Positions 8,022 through 18,835 of a stretch of 61,417 nt of DNA are shown piece after piece. The DNA lies in contig PZPA01000001.1 of NCBI GenBank assembly GCA_003045825.1, forward strand, positions 1 through 61,417, read 5' to 3'. The position numbers and the translations under genes are program-made. Below the pieces are notes generated by a model. It was not told the origin of the DNA. It did no database searches and saw only the letters and a list, made by a program, of their open reading frames with translations. Numbering within the stretch: position 1 is the stretch's first letter; each line of letters starts with the position of its first letter. This stretch comes from Bacteroidota bacterium. Its GTDB lineage: Bacteria; Bacteroidota; Bacteroidia; Flavobacteriales; Schleiferiaceae.

Positions 8022-8831
8022 ATGTGTGGTAGATATGTAGCTATTAGCAAAGTAAAGGCAATAGAGAAGCGTTTTAGTGCGCTTATAGAGCGTCCAGAGC
8101 TCTTTACACCAAATACTAATATTGGTATAGGAACATTGGCACCTGTGATTACACAGGAGCATTCCGACCGTATAAAGCATTATCAGTTTGGATTCACCCC
8201 GTATTGGGCAAAGAAATCCTTTTACCTCTTTAACGCTCGTTCAGAAGGGGATCACAACAAAGAAAACAATCCTACCTATCGTGGCGCAAAGGGCATTACG
8301 GTAAAGCCAGCCTTCCGTCAGAGCATTCGCTCTAAACGCTGTCTAGTGCTGGCAGATGGATTTATAGAAGGACCACAAAAGGAACGTTTGTCAAAGCCTT
8401 ACGTCATTTACAAAAGAGACGGAGCTCCTTTCGCTTTCGCGGGATTGTACGATACCTGGGTCAATCCAGATACCGGCGAGATGGTCGATAGTTTTGCGAT
8501 TATTACAACGGTGAGCAATAAAATCACAGCTGCTATCGATCACCACCGATCACCTGTAATTCTCAATGAAGAAGATGAATCCATTTGGCTAGATCCTACG
8601 ACGCCGTTAGCAGAAGTAACCGACTTACTTTATCCATACCCTGCAGAGGAGCTCAATGCCTATCCTATATCAGCTGCAATAAAGAATCCCAGAAGCAATG
8701 GGCCGGAACTACTCAAGCCTGTAGGCCAACGTTTAGTTACGGAATACGACTATGAAATTCATACTCACCTTGGCCTACAAGGAATGGGCATGACTCAGGC
8801 ACGTCAACGCAAGTTGGATTTAGGTTTCTAG
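8022..8831 (+). CDS. SOS response-associated peptidase (SRAP/YedK/HMCES family, abasic-site shielding)
   Basis: N-terminal MCGRY, NARSE, RCLVLADGFIE, AFAGL and HHRSPVIL. Confidence 0.92.
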   Translation: MCGRYVAISKVKAIEKRFSALIERPELFTPNTNIGIGTLAPVITQEHSDRIKHYQFGFTPYWAKKSFYLFNARSEGDHNKENNPTYRGAKGITVKPAFRQSIRSKRCLVLADGFIEGPQKERLSKPYVIYKRDGAPFAFAGLYDTWVNPDTGEMVDSFAIITTVSNKITAAIDHHRSPVILNEEDESIWLDPTTPLAEVTDLLYPYPAEELNAYPISAAIKNPRSNGPELLKPVGQRLVTEYDYEIHTHLGLQGMGMTQARQRKLDLGF

Positions 8832-8847
8832 ATAAAATGCAGAAGAG

Positions 8848-11800
8848 ATGTTAGTGAACTCGCACAGTTATTACAGCTTGCGTTACGGGGTACTTTCGCC
8901 CAAAGAGTGGCTGGCTTTCTTTGAAAGCCAGCCATGGAATGCGATGGCCATCACCGATATTAATAACACTTCGGCATGCATGACGGTCCTTTACCTTTTG
9001 CGCAATCACGCTAGAAAGCGTCCGGTCATTGGGGTAGATTTTAGAAATGGAATAGTGCCCTGCTATGTAGCACTAGCGAAAAATTGGGAAGGCTTCCGCC
9101 AAATCAATGATCACCTATCAGAACACCTTCATCGAAAGCAGCGCTTTTCATCGCGCGCTCCGGTCGCAGCACTTAAAGATGCTTGGATCATTTATCCTTT
9201 AGAAGCTCTTCCACCCGATGCACTGTTGGCACCTAACGAACTTATAGGAGTAGGGGCAGATCAGTTACGCTTCTTACATCTTTCGCCGCATGTTCACCGT
9301 CAGCACAAACTCATTGCAATGCCTACGGCAACTTTCAGGGGAAAACGGGACCACAATGCTCACCGCCTATTGCGTGCTATAGACGAAAATACCTTGCTGA
9401 GTAAACTTTCAAAGGATAAACAAGCGAAAGAAGAAGACTGCTACTTAGCTAACGATGAACTGCTGAGCGCTTATGTTGAAGTGCCGTATTTGCTACGTCA
9501 GGCGCAGCAGGTATTAGAAGATTGTAAGGTTCTATTGCCCGATGAAGCCTCACTGAACTTACAGACCTATACCGGTTCAAAACAGAAGGATTTACGACTG
9601 CTCAAAAAATTGGCTTACGACGGTATACCTTATCGTTATCCAACGGTAGACTTCAAAGTAAAGGAGCGTATTGAGAAGGAGTTGGAACTCATTGCAAAGA
9701 AGAATTTTGTATCCTACTTCTTGATCAACTGGGACATTGTCAATTATGCCCAAAAACGCGGCTATTTCTATGTTGGGCGTGGGAGTGGAGCAAATAGCAT
9801 TGTTGCTTATTTGTTGAAAATCACAGATGTAGACCCCATTGAGTTGGACTTGTATTTTGAGCGCTTCATTAACCTGTACCGGACATCTCCTCCAGATTTT
9901 GATCTTGATTTTTCCTGGCGTGATCGAGACGACATTACCCAATACATCTTTAAACGCTTCCCGCACACGGCGTTGTTGGCAACGTACAATACGTTTCAAT
10001 ACCGTGCGGTGGTCCGCGAACTAGGGAAGGTGTTTGGTCTGCCTAAACATGAGATTGATAAATTGACTAGGGGGAAGTTTAGCAGTAACGAATTGGACCA
10101 ATTGGGCCATCTAGTATTGCGCTATAGCACTTATATTCAAGGGTTTCCAAGCCATTTAAGCATTCACGCTGGAGGGATTTTGATTGCTGAAAAGAGTATC
10201 CATTACCATACTGGGACTTTTTTACCGCCTAAAGGCTTTGCAACAACGCAATTTGATATGGTTGTAGCAGAAGATATTGGACTTCATAAATTTGACATCC
10301 TTAGTCAACGCGGGCTCTCAAAGATTCAAGATGCGTTGCACATTGTCCGTAAGAATAAACCAGAGGACATACTCTTAGACATTCGAAACCTGCAAGCCTT
10401 TAAGCAGGATGAAAAAATCAAATCGATTTTGCGCAACGGCAGGGCCATGGGCTGCTTTTATGTCGAATCGCCTGCGATGCGTATGTTGCTTAAGAAACTA
10501 AAGGTGGATACGTACCTTGGTTTGGTTGCCGCTAGCTCTATTATCCGGCCAGGTGTTAGTAACAGCGGGATGATGCGCGAATACATATTGCGCTTTACAG
10601 ATCCAGAACGACGTCAAGATGCGCACCCAGTATTGCTTGATATTATGCCAGATACGTTCGGGGTAATGGTGTATCAAGAAGATGTGATTAAAGTGGCTCA
10701 TTATTTCGCAGGTTTGTCCTTGGGTGAAGCCGATGTATTGCGCCGCGGAATGTCTGGAAAATTTCGTTCAAGAGAGGAGTTTAAACGTGTTGAAAATCAA
10801 TACTTTGAGAACTGTAAAGCGCGAGGGTATAGTTTAGAATTGGCACAAGATATTTGGCGTCAAATAGAAAGTTTTGCGGGCTACGCTTTTGCCAAGGGAC
10901 ATAGCGCTTCTTATGCCGTTGAGAGTTATCAAAGTCTCTATTTGAAGGCGCATTATCCTTTAGAGTACATGGTGGCTGTCATCAATAACTTCGGTGGTTT
11001 TTACAGTACGGAGTTTTATGTTCATGAGGCCAGAAAGCTTGGCGGAATAGTGGAAGCTCCTTGTGTACAGCAGGGCGATTACCCCACAGTCATTCATGGA
11101 ACGACAATCTATCTAGGCTTTATTTTACTTAACGGCTTAGACGAGACCATAGGAGTGACGATCGGAAGAGAAAGACAGGAGGGAGGCCCCTTTAGTAGCC
11201 TCACAGACTTCATAGACCGTGTGCATATTGGTATTGAACAATTAACACTGCTCATTAGAATAGGTGCATTTAGGTTTACAGGTATTGCTAAACAAACGTT
11301 ATTATGGGAAGCGCACCACATGTTAAAGGGACACAAACCTTCGGCTGTACCTGCTACAATGCCCAGTTTGTTTAAGGGAACGGTCAGTTCGCACGACTAT
11401 AAGGTGCCACTGCTGGAGCAATCTGCCTTAGAACGGGCTTTTGATGAAATAGAATTATTAGGGTTTCCATTAGCAGATCCATTTTTACTCGCTGATGAGC
11501 CATTAGATCAAGGAACTACAGCTGCAGAACTACCTGAAAAGCTAGGACATTTCGTCATTGCTTATGGCTATCTGGTTACGGTAAAGGATACGAAGACGCA
11601 AAAAGGGGACCGTATGAATTTTGCCACATTCGTAGATCAGAACGGGGATTTCCTGGATAGCGTACATTTTCCAAACATTGCTGCTCAGTTTCCATTTCGC
11701 GGTAAAGGGCTGTACAAAGTCCAAGGTCGTGTTGTTGAAGAATTTGGCTTTTACAGTATCGAGGCTTCGGCCTTGTATAAGATTGCTATTATTCCAGATC

Positions 11801-11892
11801 CGCGGTACGAAGACCAAATGGCCCGTTCAAAAGATAATTACAGTAAAACTAAGGATACTATGAAACGTGGCTCCAAGCGCACAACAGGGTAG
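8848..11892 (+). CDS. dnaE2: Error-prone DNA polymerase III alpha-type (DnaE2)
   Basis: PHP domain (HSYYSL, ITDIN), GRGSGANS, catalytic PPDFDLDF, KFDILS and YAFAKGHS. It is 1014 aa and lies in an SOS cassette. Confidence 0.9.
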   Translation: MLVNSHSYYSLRYGVLSPKEWLAFFESQPWNAMAITDINNTSACMTVLYLLRNHARKRPVIGVDFRNGIVPCYVALAKNWEGFRQINDHLSEHLHRKQRFSSRAPVAALKDAWIIYPLEALPPDALLAPNELIGVGADQLRFLHLSPHVHRQHKLIAMPTATFRGKRDHNAHRLLRAIDENTLLSKLSKDKQAKEEDCYLANDELLSAYVEVPYLLRQAQQVLEDCKVLLPDEASLNLQTYTGSKQKDLRLLKKLAYDGIPYRYPTVDFKVKERIEKELELIAKKNFVSYFLINWDIVNYAQKRGYFYVGRGSGANSIVAYLLKITDVDPIELDLYFERFINLYRTSPPDFDLDFSWRDRDDITQYIFKRFPHTALLATYNTFQYRAVVRELGKVFGLPKHEIDKLTRGKFSSNELDQLGHLVLRYSTYIQGFPSHLSIHAGGILIAEKSIHYHTGTFLPPKGFATTQFDMVVAEDIGLHKFDILSQRGLSKIQDALHIVRKNKPEDILLDIRNLQAFKQDEKIKSILRNGRAMGCFYVESPAMRMLLKKLKVDTYLGLVAASSIIRPGVSNSGMMREYILRFTDPERRQDAHPVLLDIMPDTFGVMVYQEDVIKVAHYFAGLSLGEADVLRRGMSGKFRSREEFKRVENQYFENCKARGYSLELAQDIWRQIESFAGYAFAKGHSASYAVESYQSLYLKAHYPLEYMVAVINNFGGFYSTEFYVHEARKLGGIVEAPCVQQGDYPTVIHGTTIYLGFILLNGLDETIGVTIGRERQEGGPFSSLTDFIDRVHIGIEQLTLLIRIGAFRFTGIAKQTLLWEAHHMLKGHKPSAVPATMPSLFKGTVSSHDYKVPLLEQSALERAFDEIELLGFPLADPFLLADEPLDQGTTAAELPEKLGHFVIAYGYLVTVKDTKTQKGDRMNFATFVDQNGDFLDSVHFPNIAAQFPFRGKGLYKVQGRVVEEFGFYSIEASALYKIAIIPDPRYEDQMARSKDNYSKTKDTMKRGSKRTTG

Positions 11893-11915
11893 ATCATCTA
11901 TTCTATTAAAACACT

Positions 11916-11943
11916 ATTTAACATAATATATATTATAACCTAA
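11916..11943 (-). other. dif site (XerC/XerD chromosome dimer resolution)
   Basis: Minus strand reads TTAGGTTATAA-TATATA-TTATGTTAAAT. The right arm is identical to the canonical XerD arm, the spacer is 6 bp and the site is intergenic. Confidence 0.88.
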
Positions 11944-11956
11944 AAAGGGAATAGGC

Positions 11957-11990
11957 AAAAGAAAACCCCAGCCGTTAAACTGAGGTTTCT
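11957..11990 (-). terminator. Intrinsic terminator of the TPR gene
   Basis: AAACCCCAG-ccgttaaa-CTGAGGTTT hairpin preceded by an A-run, which is a U-tract on minus. Confidence 0.65.
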
Positions 11991-12010
11991 AAAACATGTA
12001 CTCTTAAGTT

Positions 12011-13333
12011 CTATTCTGCCGCTGCTTCTAAAACGGCTTTCATATCCATAGTCTTCTGGTAGTCACCAACTTTTCTGTAAACCTCCATCAGTGCACGAAC
12101 GATATCCATATCGTTAGGATTCATTTCGTATGACTTTTCGAAATACTGTAGGCTTTCTTCAAACACACCTTTTTGTTTGTCCTTCAACGCATTGTATTTA
12201 CGCGTTTCATTCAAACCCAGGTTGTTCATCTGCTCAGTAATTTCATTCGCACGATCAATATATACAAGACCACACATGTACATGGCATCACTCAACGTAG
12301 AATCTAATTCAACTGCACGCTTATATTCAATTAACGCTGCATCTAAATCTTTTAACTCTGTCTGTAGGATGTTCCCTTTAACAAAGTGGTAAATTCCTTT
12401 GGTAGGATTCTTTACAATGGCTTCATCAAGGTTGGCTAATGCACCGTCGTAATCCTTGTTGTCAAGGAAAGATTGAAGCTGAATATCCAGTAAATCCTTA
12501 TTCTCGGGATACATCGTTCTCGCTTCAATTAATACATCCCCATAATTCTTCGTATCCTCTAACTTCTTGTACGCATTGATTAAGCTGATATATACACTCG
12601 GACGAACATCTTCACCAATGACAGGATCTGTCGCTAGACCAATCTGTAGGTCCTTCTCCATTGCAGCTTTATTAGGGTATTGCTTTGGCTCACCGCTTGC
12701 TGCGTAGGTTGCCGTGTAGGTAATGCCTTTGTACCCTAAGTCTAAACAACTGCGAAAAGCGTCTACACTAGCCTCTACATTACCCGATTGACCTGCGATG
12801 ATACCAGCATTAAACAACAAGCTTGTATCGAGGCTAGCATATTCACCTAAAAGTTCATTTTTCTTCAGCTCGAAAGCACTCATATATCCATTGTAAGCCC
12901 CTTCAAAGTTCCCTGCGTCGTAAGCAGTACTGGCTTCAACAAGATAATTGAAAGCAATGTTTGGGATGTTTTGAATAGCATCAAGGGTGTAAGGCTGCTT
13001 TTTCGCTGCGGATTCAAACTTGATTAAGTCCAAAATACTTTGAGCCGCAACATCATTAGCATCGGCAGCTAATGCTTTTGTTTCAGCATCAGGTGAAGCA
13101 GCAATCTTAGCGTAAATCAAGGATTTGTTGTAGTAAAACTTAGATAAGATTTTCTCCTTAATTTCTGCTTGGTTTTTACCTGCGATGATGTCAGTTGCTT
13201 CATCGATAAAGCCTTTTGCTTCTACTAATTCATTGCCTCTTAATGCGATAATGGCACTGGTTACTTTAGGTGCTTCCTGTGCAGTTAGTCCTAATGTAAT
13301 CACCATCGATAAGGCGAAGAGTACTTTTTTCAT
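12011..13333 (-). CDS. Exported tetratricopeptide repeat protein
   Basis: Signal peptide MKKVLFALSMVITLGLTAQ and several TPR-like repeats. Lies downstream of gyrA. Confidence 0.85.
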   Translation of the reverse strand: MKKVLFALSMVITLGLTAQEAPKVTSAIIALRGNELVEAKGFIDEATDIIAGKNQAEIKEKILSKFYYNKSLIYAKIAASPDAETKALAADANDVAAQSILDLIKFESAAKKQPYTLDAIQNIPNIAFNYLVEASTAYDAGNFEGAYNGYMSAFELKKNELLGEYASLDTSLLFNAGIIAGQSGNVEASVDAFRSCLDLGYKGITYTATYAASGEPKQYPNKAAMEKDLQIGLATDPVIGEDVRPSVYISLINAYKKLEDTKNYGDVLIEARTMYPENKDLLDIQLQSFLDNKDYDGALANLDEAIVKNPTKGIYHFVKGNILQTELKDLDAALIEYKRAVELDSTLSDAMYMCGLVYIDRANEITEQMNNLGLNETRKYNALKDKQKGVFEESLQYFEKSYEMNPNDMDIVRALMEVYRKVGDYQKTMDMKAVLEAAAE

Positions 13334-13382
13334 TCTATACTATTTCAAATTTTTAAATAAGGTCACATATGTCAGTTCCCCT

Positions 13383-13410
13383 AAAAGAACAAACACCGCG
13401 CCATTGTTCT
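13383..13410 (-). terminator. Possible terminator or attenuator after gyrA
   Basis: AGAACAA-N11-TTGTTCT inverted repeat with a short U-run on minus. Confidence 0.4.
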
Positions 13411-13421
13411 AAATCATTGTA

Positions 13422-15965
13422 TTAATCTTCGCTTTCCGTTGGAGCCTCTGGTGCTGTTGCACCCTCTTCTCCTTCTGTTGCGACGATAACGTTGCCCTCT
13501 GCATCGAGCACCTCTTCTTCTTCCTCTGAAGCTGGAACCTTAGCGATGGACGCAATTTCATCACCGCTGCGCAGGTTGATTAATCGTACACCTTGTGTAG
13601 CTCGACCCATTACTCTTAAAGTATCCACACCCATTCGGATCATGGTTCCTTTTTTCGTAATGATCATCAAATCATCCTCATCCGTTACGGCTTTGAGCGA
13701 CACCAACTCCCCTGTTTTCTCCGTAACTGTAATGGTTTTCACACCTTTACCTCCACGGTTGGTAATACGGTAATCTTCTAACGAAGAACGCTTACCGTAG
13801 CCGGCCTCACTCACGACCATCACATCAAAACCATCACCTTCTTTAACTACAATCATTCCTACTACTTCATCGTTGTCATGATCGACGGTGATAGCACGAA
13901 CACCGGATGCACTCCGGCCCATAGTACGGACCTTGGCTTCTGGGAAACGAATGGCCTTACCGCTGCGTACAGCAAGCATAATGTCTTGCTCGCCATTTGT
14001 GAGTTTGGCTTCAAGCAAGGTATCCCCTTCGCGTATGGTAATTGCGTTAATACCATTGACTCGAGGACGGCTATACGCCTCCAAGGACGTTTTCTTAATC
14101 ACTCCTTTCTTGGTACACATCACGATATGGTGACTGTTGATGTACTCTTCGTCCTTAAGGTTTAGAACATTTATAAATGCTAAAACTTTATCATCTTGAG
14201 GTAAGTTGATCAAGTTTTGAATCGCTCTACCCTTGCTCTGACGGCTTCCTTCAGGAATTTCGTACACCCGCATCCAGAAACACCTTCCTAGTTCGGTAAA
14301 GAAGAGCATGTACTGATGATTCGTTGCGACATACACGTGCTCGATAAAGTCCTTATCCCGTGTACTAGCACCTTTAGAACCCACTCCACCTCTGTTCTGT
14401 TTCTTGTATTCCGTCAGTGGCGTACGCTTGATGTAACCCGCGTGTGAAATCGTAATTACCACTTCAGAATCAGGAATCATATCCTCGATACTTACATCGC
14501 CGCCGGCGAATTCAATATCCGTTCTGCGGTCGTCTCCGTATTTTTCTTTAATCTCAAGAAGTTCGTCTTTGATGATTTCCATTCTCAAGACTTTATCGCC
14601 TAGAATACTTTTTAAGTATTCGATGGTCTTCATCAATTCCTCATACTCTGACTTGATTTTATCACGCTCAAGACCCGTTAGCTTTTGAAGACGCATCTCT
14701 AGGATGGCTTTCGCCTGGACATCTGAAAGTTTGAATTCAGTCATCAAGCCAGACTTAGCTTCATCTACCGTGGCAGATGCACGAATAAGTTTAATAACAG
14801 CATCGAGATTGTCGATCGCAATAAGTAAACCTTCAAGAACGTGTGCACGCTTCTCCGCTTGTCGAAGTTCATACTCTGTACGGCGGACCACAACATCATG
14901 ACGGTGTTCTACAAAGTGCTTCACCATGTCTTTTAAGTTCAACATCTCTGGACGTCCATTGACCAATGCAATGTTGTTCACAGAGAATGAACTTTGAAGC
15001 TGTGTGTATTTATAGAGTTTGTTTAAAACGACATTAGGAACAGCGTCGCGTTTAAGAATGTACACTACACGCATACCCTTACGATCACTTTCATCGCGTA
15101 TGTCTGAAATGCCTTCAATCTTTTTATCGTTGACCAATTCAGCGGTTTTCTTGATCATTTCCGCTTTGTTGACCTGGTAAGGAATTTCTGTAACGATGAT
15201 ACACTCGCGACCACGCACTTCTTCAATAGTTGCCTTACCGCGAAGAACGATGCGCCCTCTACCCGTGTGAAATGCATCTCTTACGCCTTCATAACCGTAG
15301 ATTGTACCTCCCGTAGGGAAATCTGGTGCGCTGATGTGTTGCATCAACTCATCTATCTCTATCGCATCATTATCGATGTAAGCATTGATGGCATTGATAC
15401 TCTCTGTAAGGTTGTGCGGAGGCATGTTCGTTGCCATACCTACAGCAATACCTGAGGCACCATTGACCAGTAGGCCAGGAATTCTTGTAGGAAGCACAGT
15501 GGGTTCCTTTAAAGAATCGTCAAAGTTCAATTGCCAATCTACAGTGTCTTTGTCGATATCTGAAAGCATTTCCTCCGCAATCTTACGCATACGGACTTCC
15601 GTGTAACGCATTGCAGCTGGGCTATCGCCATCAACAGAGCCAAAGTTTCCTTGACCATCAACGAGAGTGTACCGTAATGACCAGTCTTGCGCCATACGAA
15701 CCATCGTGTCGTATACCGAGCTATCGCCGTGTGGATGGTACTTACCTAGTACATCCCCAACAATCCTTGCTGATTTTTTATATGCTTTCGAGCTGGTAAC
15801 ACCCATGTCGTGCATTCCGTATAAAACGCGGCGGTGAACGGGTTTTAATCCGTCACGTACGTCTGGAAGTGCACGAGAAACGATGACCGACATCGAATAA
15901 TCGATGTAGGAGCTTTTCATTTGCTCCTCAATATTTACGGGAATAATGCGTTCTCCCTGCGCCAT
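13422..15965 (-). CDS. gyrA: DNA gyrase subunit A
   Basis: [19 protein letters not shown], catalytic AAMRYTE, GyrA box QNRGGVG and an acidic tail. Confidence 0.97.
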   Translation of the reverse strand: MAQGERIIPVNIEEQMKSSYIDYSMSVIVSRALPDVRDGLKPVHRRVLYGMHDMGVTSSKAYKKSARIVGDVLGKYHPHGDSSVYDTMVRMAQDWSLRYTLVDGQGNFGSVDGDSPAAMRYTEVRMRKIAEEMLSDIDKDTVDWQLNFDDSLKEPTVLPTRIPGLLVNGASGIAVGMATNMPPHNLTESINAINAYIDNDAIEIDELMQHISAPDFPTGGTIYGYEGVRDAFHTGRGRIVLRGKATIEEVRGRECIIVTEIPYQVNKAEMIKKTAELVNDKKIEGISDIRDESDRKGMRVVYILKRDAVPNVVLNKLYKYTQLQSSFSVNNIALVNGRPEMLNLKDMVKHFVEHRHDVVVRRTEYELRQAEKRAHVLEGLLIAIDNLDAVIKLIRASATVDEAKSGLMTEFKLSDVQAKAILEMRLQKLTGLERDKIKSEYEELMKTIEYLKSILGDKVLRMEIIKDELLEIKEKYGDDRRTDIEFAGGDVSIEDMIPDSEVVITISHAGYIKRTPLTEYKKQNRGGVGSKGASTRDKDFIEHVYVATNHQYMLFFTELGRCFWMRVYEIPEGSRQSKGRAIQNLINLPQDDKVLAFINVLNLKDEEYINSHHIVMCTKKGVIKKTSLEAYSRPRVNGINAITIREGDTLLEAKLTNGEQDIMLAVRSGKAIRFPEAKVRTMGRSASGVRAITVDHDNDEVVGMIVVKEGDGFDVMVVSEAGYGKRSSLEDYRITNRGGKGVKTITVTEKTGELVSLKAVTDEDDLMIITKKGTMIRMGVDTLRVMGRATQGVRLINLRSGDEIASIAKVPASEEEEEVLDAEGNVIVATEGEEGATAPEAPTESED

Positions 15966-16011
15966 ATTGTCAGTATTTAGTGCGGCCGAAGCCGGGTTTT
16001 TTCGTAATTTT

Positions 16012-16019
16012 CAAATATA
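16012..16019 (-). promoter_or_regulatory. -7 promoter element for gyrA (TATATTTG)
   Basis: CAAATATA on plus matches TAnnTTTG on minus. Confidence 0.55.
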
Positions 16020-16069
16020 GCTTTTTGATGGGCTGAAAGTCCCACCTGCTATGGGTTTACTTAGAGCAT

Positions 16070-16093
16070 TTATCCACATTCGAATGTTAACAA
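16070..16093. promoter_or_regulatory. DnaA box plus inverted degenerate box between gyrA and clpC
   Basis: TTATCCACA-ttcgaa-TGTTAACAA. Confidence 0.55.
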
Positions 16094-16153
16094 ACCATTG
16101 AATTGGACCACTGAAACTGCCGAAAAGAGCCATTAGATTTGAAAAGAACCCTT

Positions 16154-16168
16154 TGGCACGTATTGTGT
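16154..16168 (+). promoter_or_regulatory. Sigma54-like -24/-12 promoter for clpC
   Basis: TGGCACG at -24, with GG-N10-GT giving an imperfect -12. Ends about 30 bp before the ATG. Confidence 0.45.
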
Positions 16169-16199
16169 TCTAAGAGTAGTACACCACAAAACAACAATT

Positions 16200-18833
16200 A
16201 TGGAAGAGAACTTTAGCCCCAGAGTAAGAGATGTGATCACCTTTAGTAAGGAAGAAGCGCTCCGTCTTGGCCATGATTATATAGGTACTGAACATTTGTT
16301 ATTGGGCATCCTCAGGGATGGTGACGGTACAGCTATTCAGATCCTAAAGGATTTGGGTCTCGATTTAAAACAAGTACGTAGCAAAATTGAACAGGTAGCG
16401 GCGCCATATGCCACCAATACTCAAGTAAGTGGAAAAAACTTGCCTTTGACGCGCCAAGCAGAGAAAGCATTAAAGACAACATTTCTTGAGGCGAAGCTGT
16501 TCCAAAGCCCGGTCATAAGAACCCCGCATTTGTTGTTGTGTATCCTTCGTAACGATAATGATCCTATCAGCGGTATCATGGGCCAATTAGGTGCAAGCTA
16601 TGATGCTGTTAAAAGCGAATACCAGAGCAACTATATTGAAACGGACAGCAGAGGTGATTCAGACGATGCAGACCTTCCATCCCCTTCCATGAGCTATGAA
16701 GAAGACGATATGGACGATGCGGGACGTTCTGGTGGAGCGCGAAGAGCGCCGCAGCGCGACCGCGGGAAAGAGAAAAGTAAAACTCCTGTTCTCGATAATT
16801 TTGGTAAGGACTTAACTAAGTCTGCGTCGCAAGGAAAATTGGACCCTGTAGTGGGTCGTGAGAAGGAGATTGAACGCGTATCTCAGATTCTAAGCAGACG
16901 TAAAAAGAACAACCCTTTATTGATAGGTGAACCGGGCGTAGGTAAAAGTGCCATTGCAGAAGGTTTGGCTTTGCGCATAGTCAATAAGCAGGTGAGTCGT
17001 GTCCTTTTCGATAAGCGCGTGGTTAGTTTAGATTTGGCCAGTTTGGTTGCGGGCACTAAATACCGCGGTCAGTTCGAGGAGCGCATGAAGGCGTTGATGA
17101 ACGAATTGGAAAAGAACGACGATATCATTCTGTTCATAGATGAATTGCATACCATCGTCGGCGCTGGTGGCGCAACGGGAAGTTTGGATGCTTCAAATAT
17201 GTTCAAGCCAGCCCTTGCACGGGGAGAAATACAATGTATAGGTGCCACTACGTTGGACGAATACCGTCAATTCATTGAGAAAGACGGCGCCTTGGAACGC
17301 CGTTTTCAGAAGATTACTGTAGACCCAACTTCACCTGAAGAGACGGTACAGATTTTGAATAATATTAAAGATAAATACGAAGAGCACCACAACGTGCTTT
17401 ATACGCCGGCAGCTATTGAAGCTTGTGTGCGTTTGACGCAACGCTACATTAGCGATCGCCATTTGCCTGATAAAGCAATTGATGCGCTAGACGAAGCAGG
17501 CTCTCGTGTGCACATCACTAACATTGAAGTTCCTGAAAACATCACCCAACTCGAAGGGCAATTGGAAGCGATAAAAGCGCAAAAGATTGTCGTGGTCAAG
17601 AGCCAGCGCTATGAAGAAGCTGCTCGCTTGCGTGATGATGAAAAAAAGATGGAAGCGCAGCTTGAAAGTGCTCGTGAAGCCTGGGAGGCCAGTATAAAGT
17701 TGAACAAAAAGACGGTCGATGAACCTGAGGTGGCTGAAGTAGTTGCCATGATGACGGGAGTGCCTGTTCAGCGCGTAGCTCAACAGGAGCTTGAGAAACT
17801 GTCTCAGATGGAAGATCAATTGCGTTCAAACGTCATTGGTCAAGATGAAGCCGTTAAAAAGATTGTTCGTGCGATTCAGCGCAACAGAGCGGGATTGAAA
17901 GACCCGAGCAAACCTATCGGCTCGTTTATTTTTCTAGGACCTACTGGAGTTGGTAAAACACAACTCGCGAAGGAATTGACGAAGTTACTTTTTGACAGTG
18001 AGGACAACATGATTCGCATCGATATGAGTGAATACATGGAGAAATTTGCCATTAGCAGGCTGGTTGGTGCGCCACCGGGATACGTCGGATACGAAGAAGG
18101 TGGCCAATTAACGGAACGGGTACGTCGCAAACCGTATTCAGTGATTCTTTTGGACGAGATTGAAAAAGCACATCCTGATGTGTTTAACCTCCTCCTGCAA
18201 GCATTGGATGACGGGCAAATCACAGATAGTCTTGGCCGCCGCGTTGATTTCAAGAATACCATCATCATAATGACGTCGAATCTAGGTAGTCGTCAGCTGA
18301 AAGATTTCGGTACAGGTGTTGGATTCGGTACATCGGCTCGCACCCAACGCAAATCGGATATTGAGAATAGTGTGATACAAGGAGCTTTGAAAAAGGCCTT
18401 TGCACCGGAGTTTTTGAATAGAATTGATGATGTCGTCCTGTTTAACTCGCTATCGCGCGAAGATATTCACAGCATAATTGATATTGAATTGCGCAGTCTG
18501 TTTGGTCGAATCCAAGATTTGGGCTACCATATCAATCTGAGTGATGAAGCGAAAGATTTTGTAGCTGACGAAGGTTTTGATGAAGCTTTTGGCGCAAGAC
18601 CTTTGGCGCGTGCGTTACAGAAACTCATTGAAGACCCGCTTGCGGAGAAGATTATTTCAAAGGAAATTACAGAAGGTGATACTATTCATATTGGCCTAGA
18701 CGATAAAACTCTAGTGTTTAAAGTAGACAAAGCACCTCAAGTTGAGGCTAAGGATGCAGTTGAAGAACTTCCTGAGGCAAGTGCCGACGAAGAATCTACC
18801 GTAAAGGAAGAGTCCAAAGATTTAAAAGAGTAG
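16200..18833 (+). CDS. clpC: ATP-dependent Clp protease ATP-binding subunit ClpC
   Basis: Clp-N repeats (GTEHLLL), two AAA domains ([16 protein letters not shown]), UVR motif (YEEAARLRD) and VGF loop. Confidence 0.93.
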   Translation: MEENFSPRVRDVITFSKEEALRLGHDYIGTEHLLLGILRDGDGTAIQILKDLGLDLKQVRSKIEQVAAPYATNTQVSGKNLPLTRQAEKALKTTFLEAKLFQSPVIRTPHLLLCILRNDNDPISGIMGQLGASYDAVKSEYQSNYIETDSRGDSDDADLPSPSMSYEEDDMDDAGRSGGARRAPQRDRGKEKSKTPVLDNFGKDLTKSASQGKLDPVVGREKEIERVSQILSRRKKNNPLLIGEPGVGKSAIAEGLALRIVNKQVSRVLFDKRVVSLDLASLVAGTKYRGQFEERMKALMNELEKNDDIILFIDELHTIVGAGGATGSLDASNMFKPALARGEIQCIGATTLDEYRQFIEKDGALERRFQKITVDPTSPEETVQILNNIKDKYEEHHNVLYTPAAIEACVRLTQRYISDRHLPDKAIDALDEAGSRVHITNIEVPENITQLEGQLEAIKAQKIVVVKSQRYEEAARLRDDEKKMEAQLESAREAWEASIKLNKKTVDEPEVAEVVAMMTGVPVQRVAQQELEKLSQMEDQLRSNVIGQDEAVKKIVRAIQRNRAGLKDPSKPIGSFIFLGPTGVGKTQLAKELTKLLFDSEDNMIRIDMSEYMEKFAISRLVGAPPGYVGYEEGGQLTERVRRKPYSVILLDEIEKAHPDVFNLLLQALDDGQITDSLGRRVDFKNTIIIMTSNLGSRQLKDFGTGVGFGTSARTQRKSDIENSVIQGALKKAFAPEFLNRIDDVVLFNSLSREDIHSIIDIELRSLFGRIQDLGYHINLSDEAKDFVADEGFDEAFGARPLARALQKLIEDPLAEKIISKEITEGDTIHIGLDDKTLVFKVDKAPQVEAKDAVEELPEASADEESTVKEESKDLKE

Positions 18834-18835
18834 CC

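Noticed and set aside
13422..15965. Possibility that this gene is parC, given the nearby dif, or carries a quinolone-resistance allele
   Set aside because: The GyrA box QNRGGVG is present, and the QRDR reads HGDSSVYD with the wild-type Ser and Asp.
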